From Chiloscyllium plagiosum (Eukaryota), in contig NW_025213584.1 in the NCBI RefSeq assembly GCF_004010195.1, positions 1 to 34,230 on the forward strand: DNA of 34,230 nt, read 5' to 3'. This document shows positions 33,906 to 34,230 of this stretch, piece by piece (position 1 is the stretch's first letter; the number at the start of each line of letters is the position of its first letter). The position numbers and the translations under genes are program-made. The notes below the pieces were generated by a model. It saw only the letters and a program-made list of their open reading frames with translations, ran no database searches and was not told where the DNA came from.

Positions 33906-34230
33906 TGGTTAGATCTCATGGAATAGAGGGAGAACTAGCCATTTGGATACAGAACTGGCTCAAAGGTAGAAGACAGAGGGTGGTGGTGGAGGGTTGTTTT
34001 TCAGACTGGAGGCCTGTGACCAATGGAGTGCCACAAAGATTGGTGTGGGTCTACTATTTTTGTCATTTATATAAATGATTTGGATATGAACATAGGAGGT
34101 ATAGTTAATAAGTTTGCAGATGACACCAAAATTGGAAGTGTAGTGGACAGCGAAGAAGCTTATCTCAGATTACAATGGGATCTTGATCAGATGGGCCTGT
34201 GGGCTGAGGAGTGGCAGATGGAGTTTAATT
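33906..34230 (+). mobile_element. CR1 LINE RT domain (continues beyond the window)
   Basis: VRSHGIEGELAIWIQNWLKGRRQRVVVEGCFSDWRPVTNGVPQ; YINDLDMNIGGIVNKFADDTKIG. Confidence 0.93.

Noticed and set aside
30300..34230. Coding exons of a convergent downstream gene (SLC45A4 neighbours DENND3 in mammals)
   Set aside because: No matching coding sequence seen; the region is AT-rich non-coding DNA and CR1 fragments.

Overview
Eukaryotic genomic DNA. The repeat landscape (CR1/L2 LINEs, HE1-type V-SINEs, Penelope-like elements) points to a shark; a bamboo/epaulette-type shark is my inference. The window holds the last 10 coding exons of DENND3 (Rab12 GEF) on the + strand, 2188-26261. They splice in consistent phase into about 517 aa covering the PH-like region and C-terminal WD40 repeats, ending ...IWNVG*. 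Almost everything else is intronic or 3' transposon debris, and most short ORFs in the track are fragments of it. The most notable signals are: (i) several Penelope-derived inverted-repeat elements with minimal hammerhead-ribozyme-like motifs, including a young, near-perfect 70-bp-arm hairpin insertion with a 14-bp TSD; (ii) a ~200-bp segment with the same CR1 junction just upstream of two different DENND3 exons; (iii) a Tigger/MER46-like MITE; (iv) a scrambled Gypsy gag/PBS remnant; (v) a possible twin-primed CR1. I cannot claim a wholly new system: the best candidate, the hammerhead-hairpin mini-elements, fits known Penelope biology. Repeat boundaries are approximate and family calls come from recall, not a database search.
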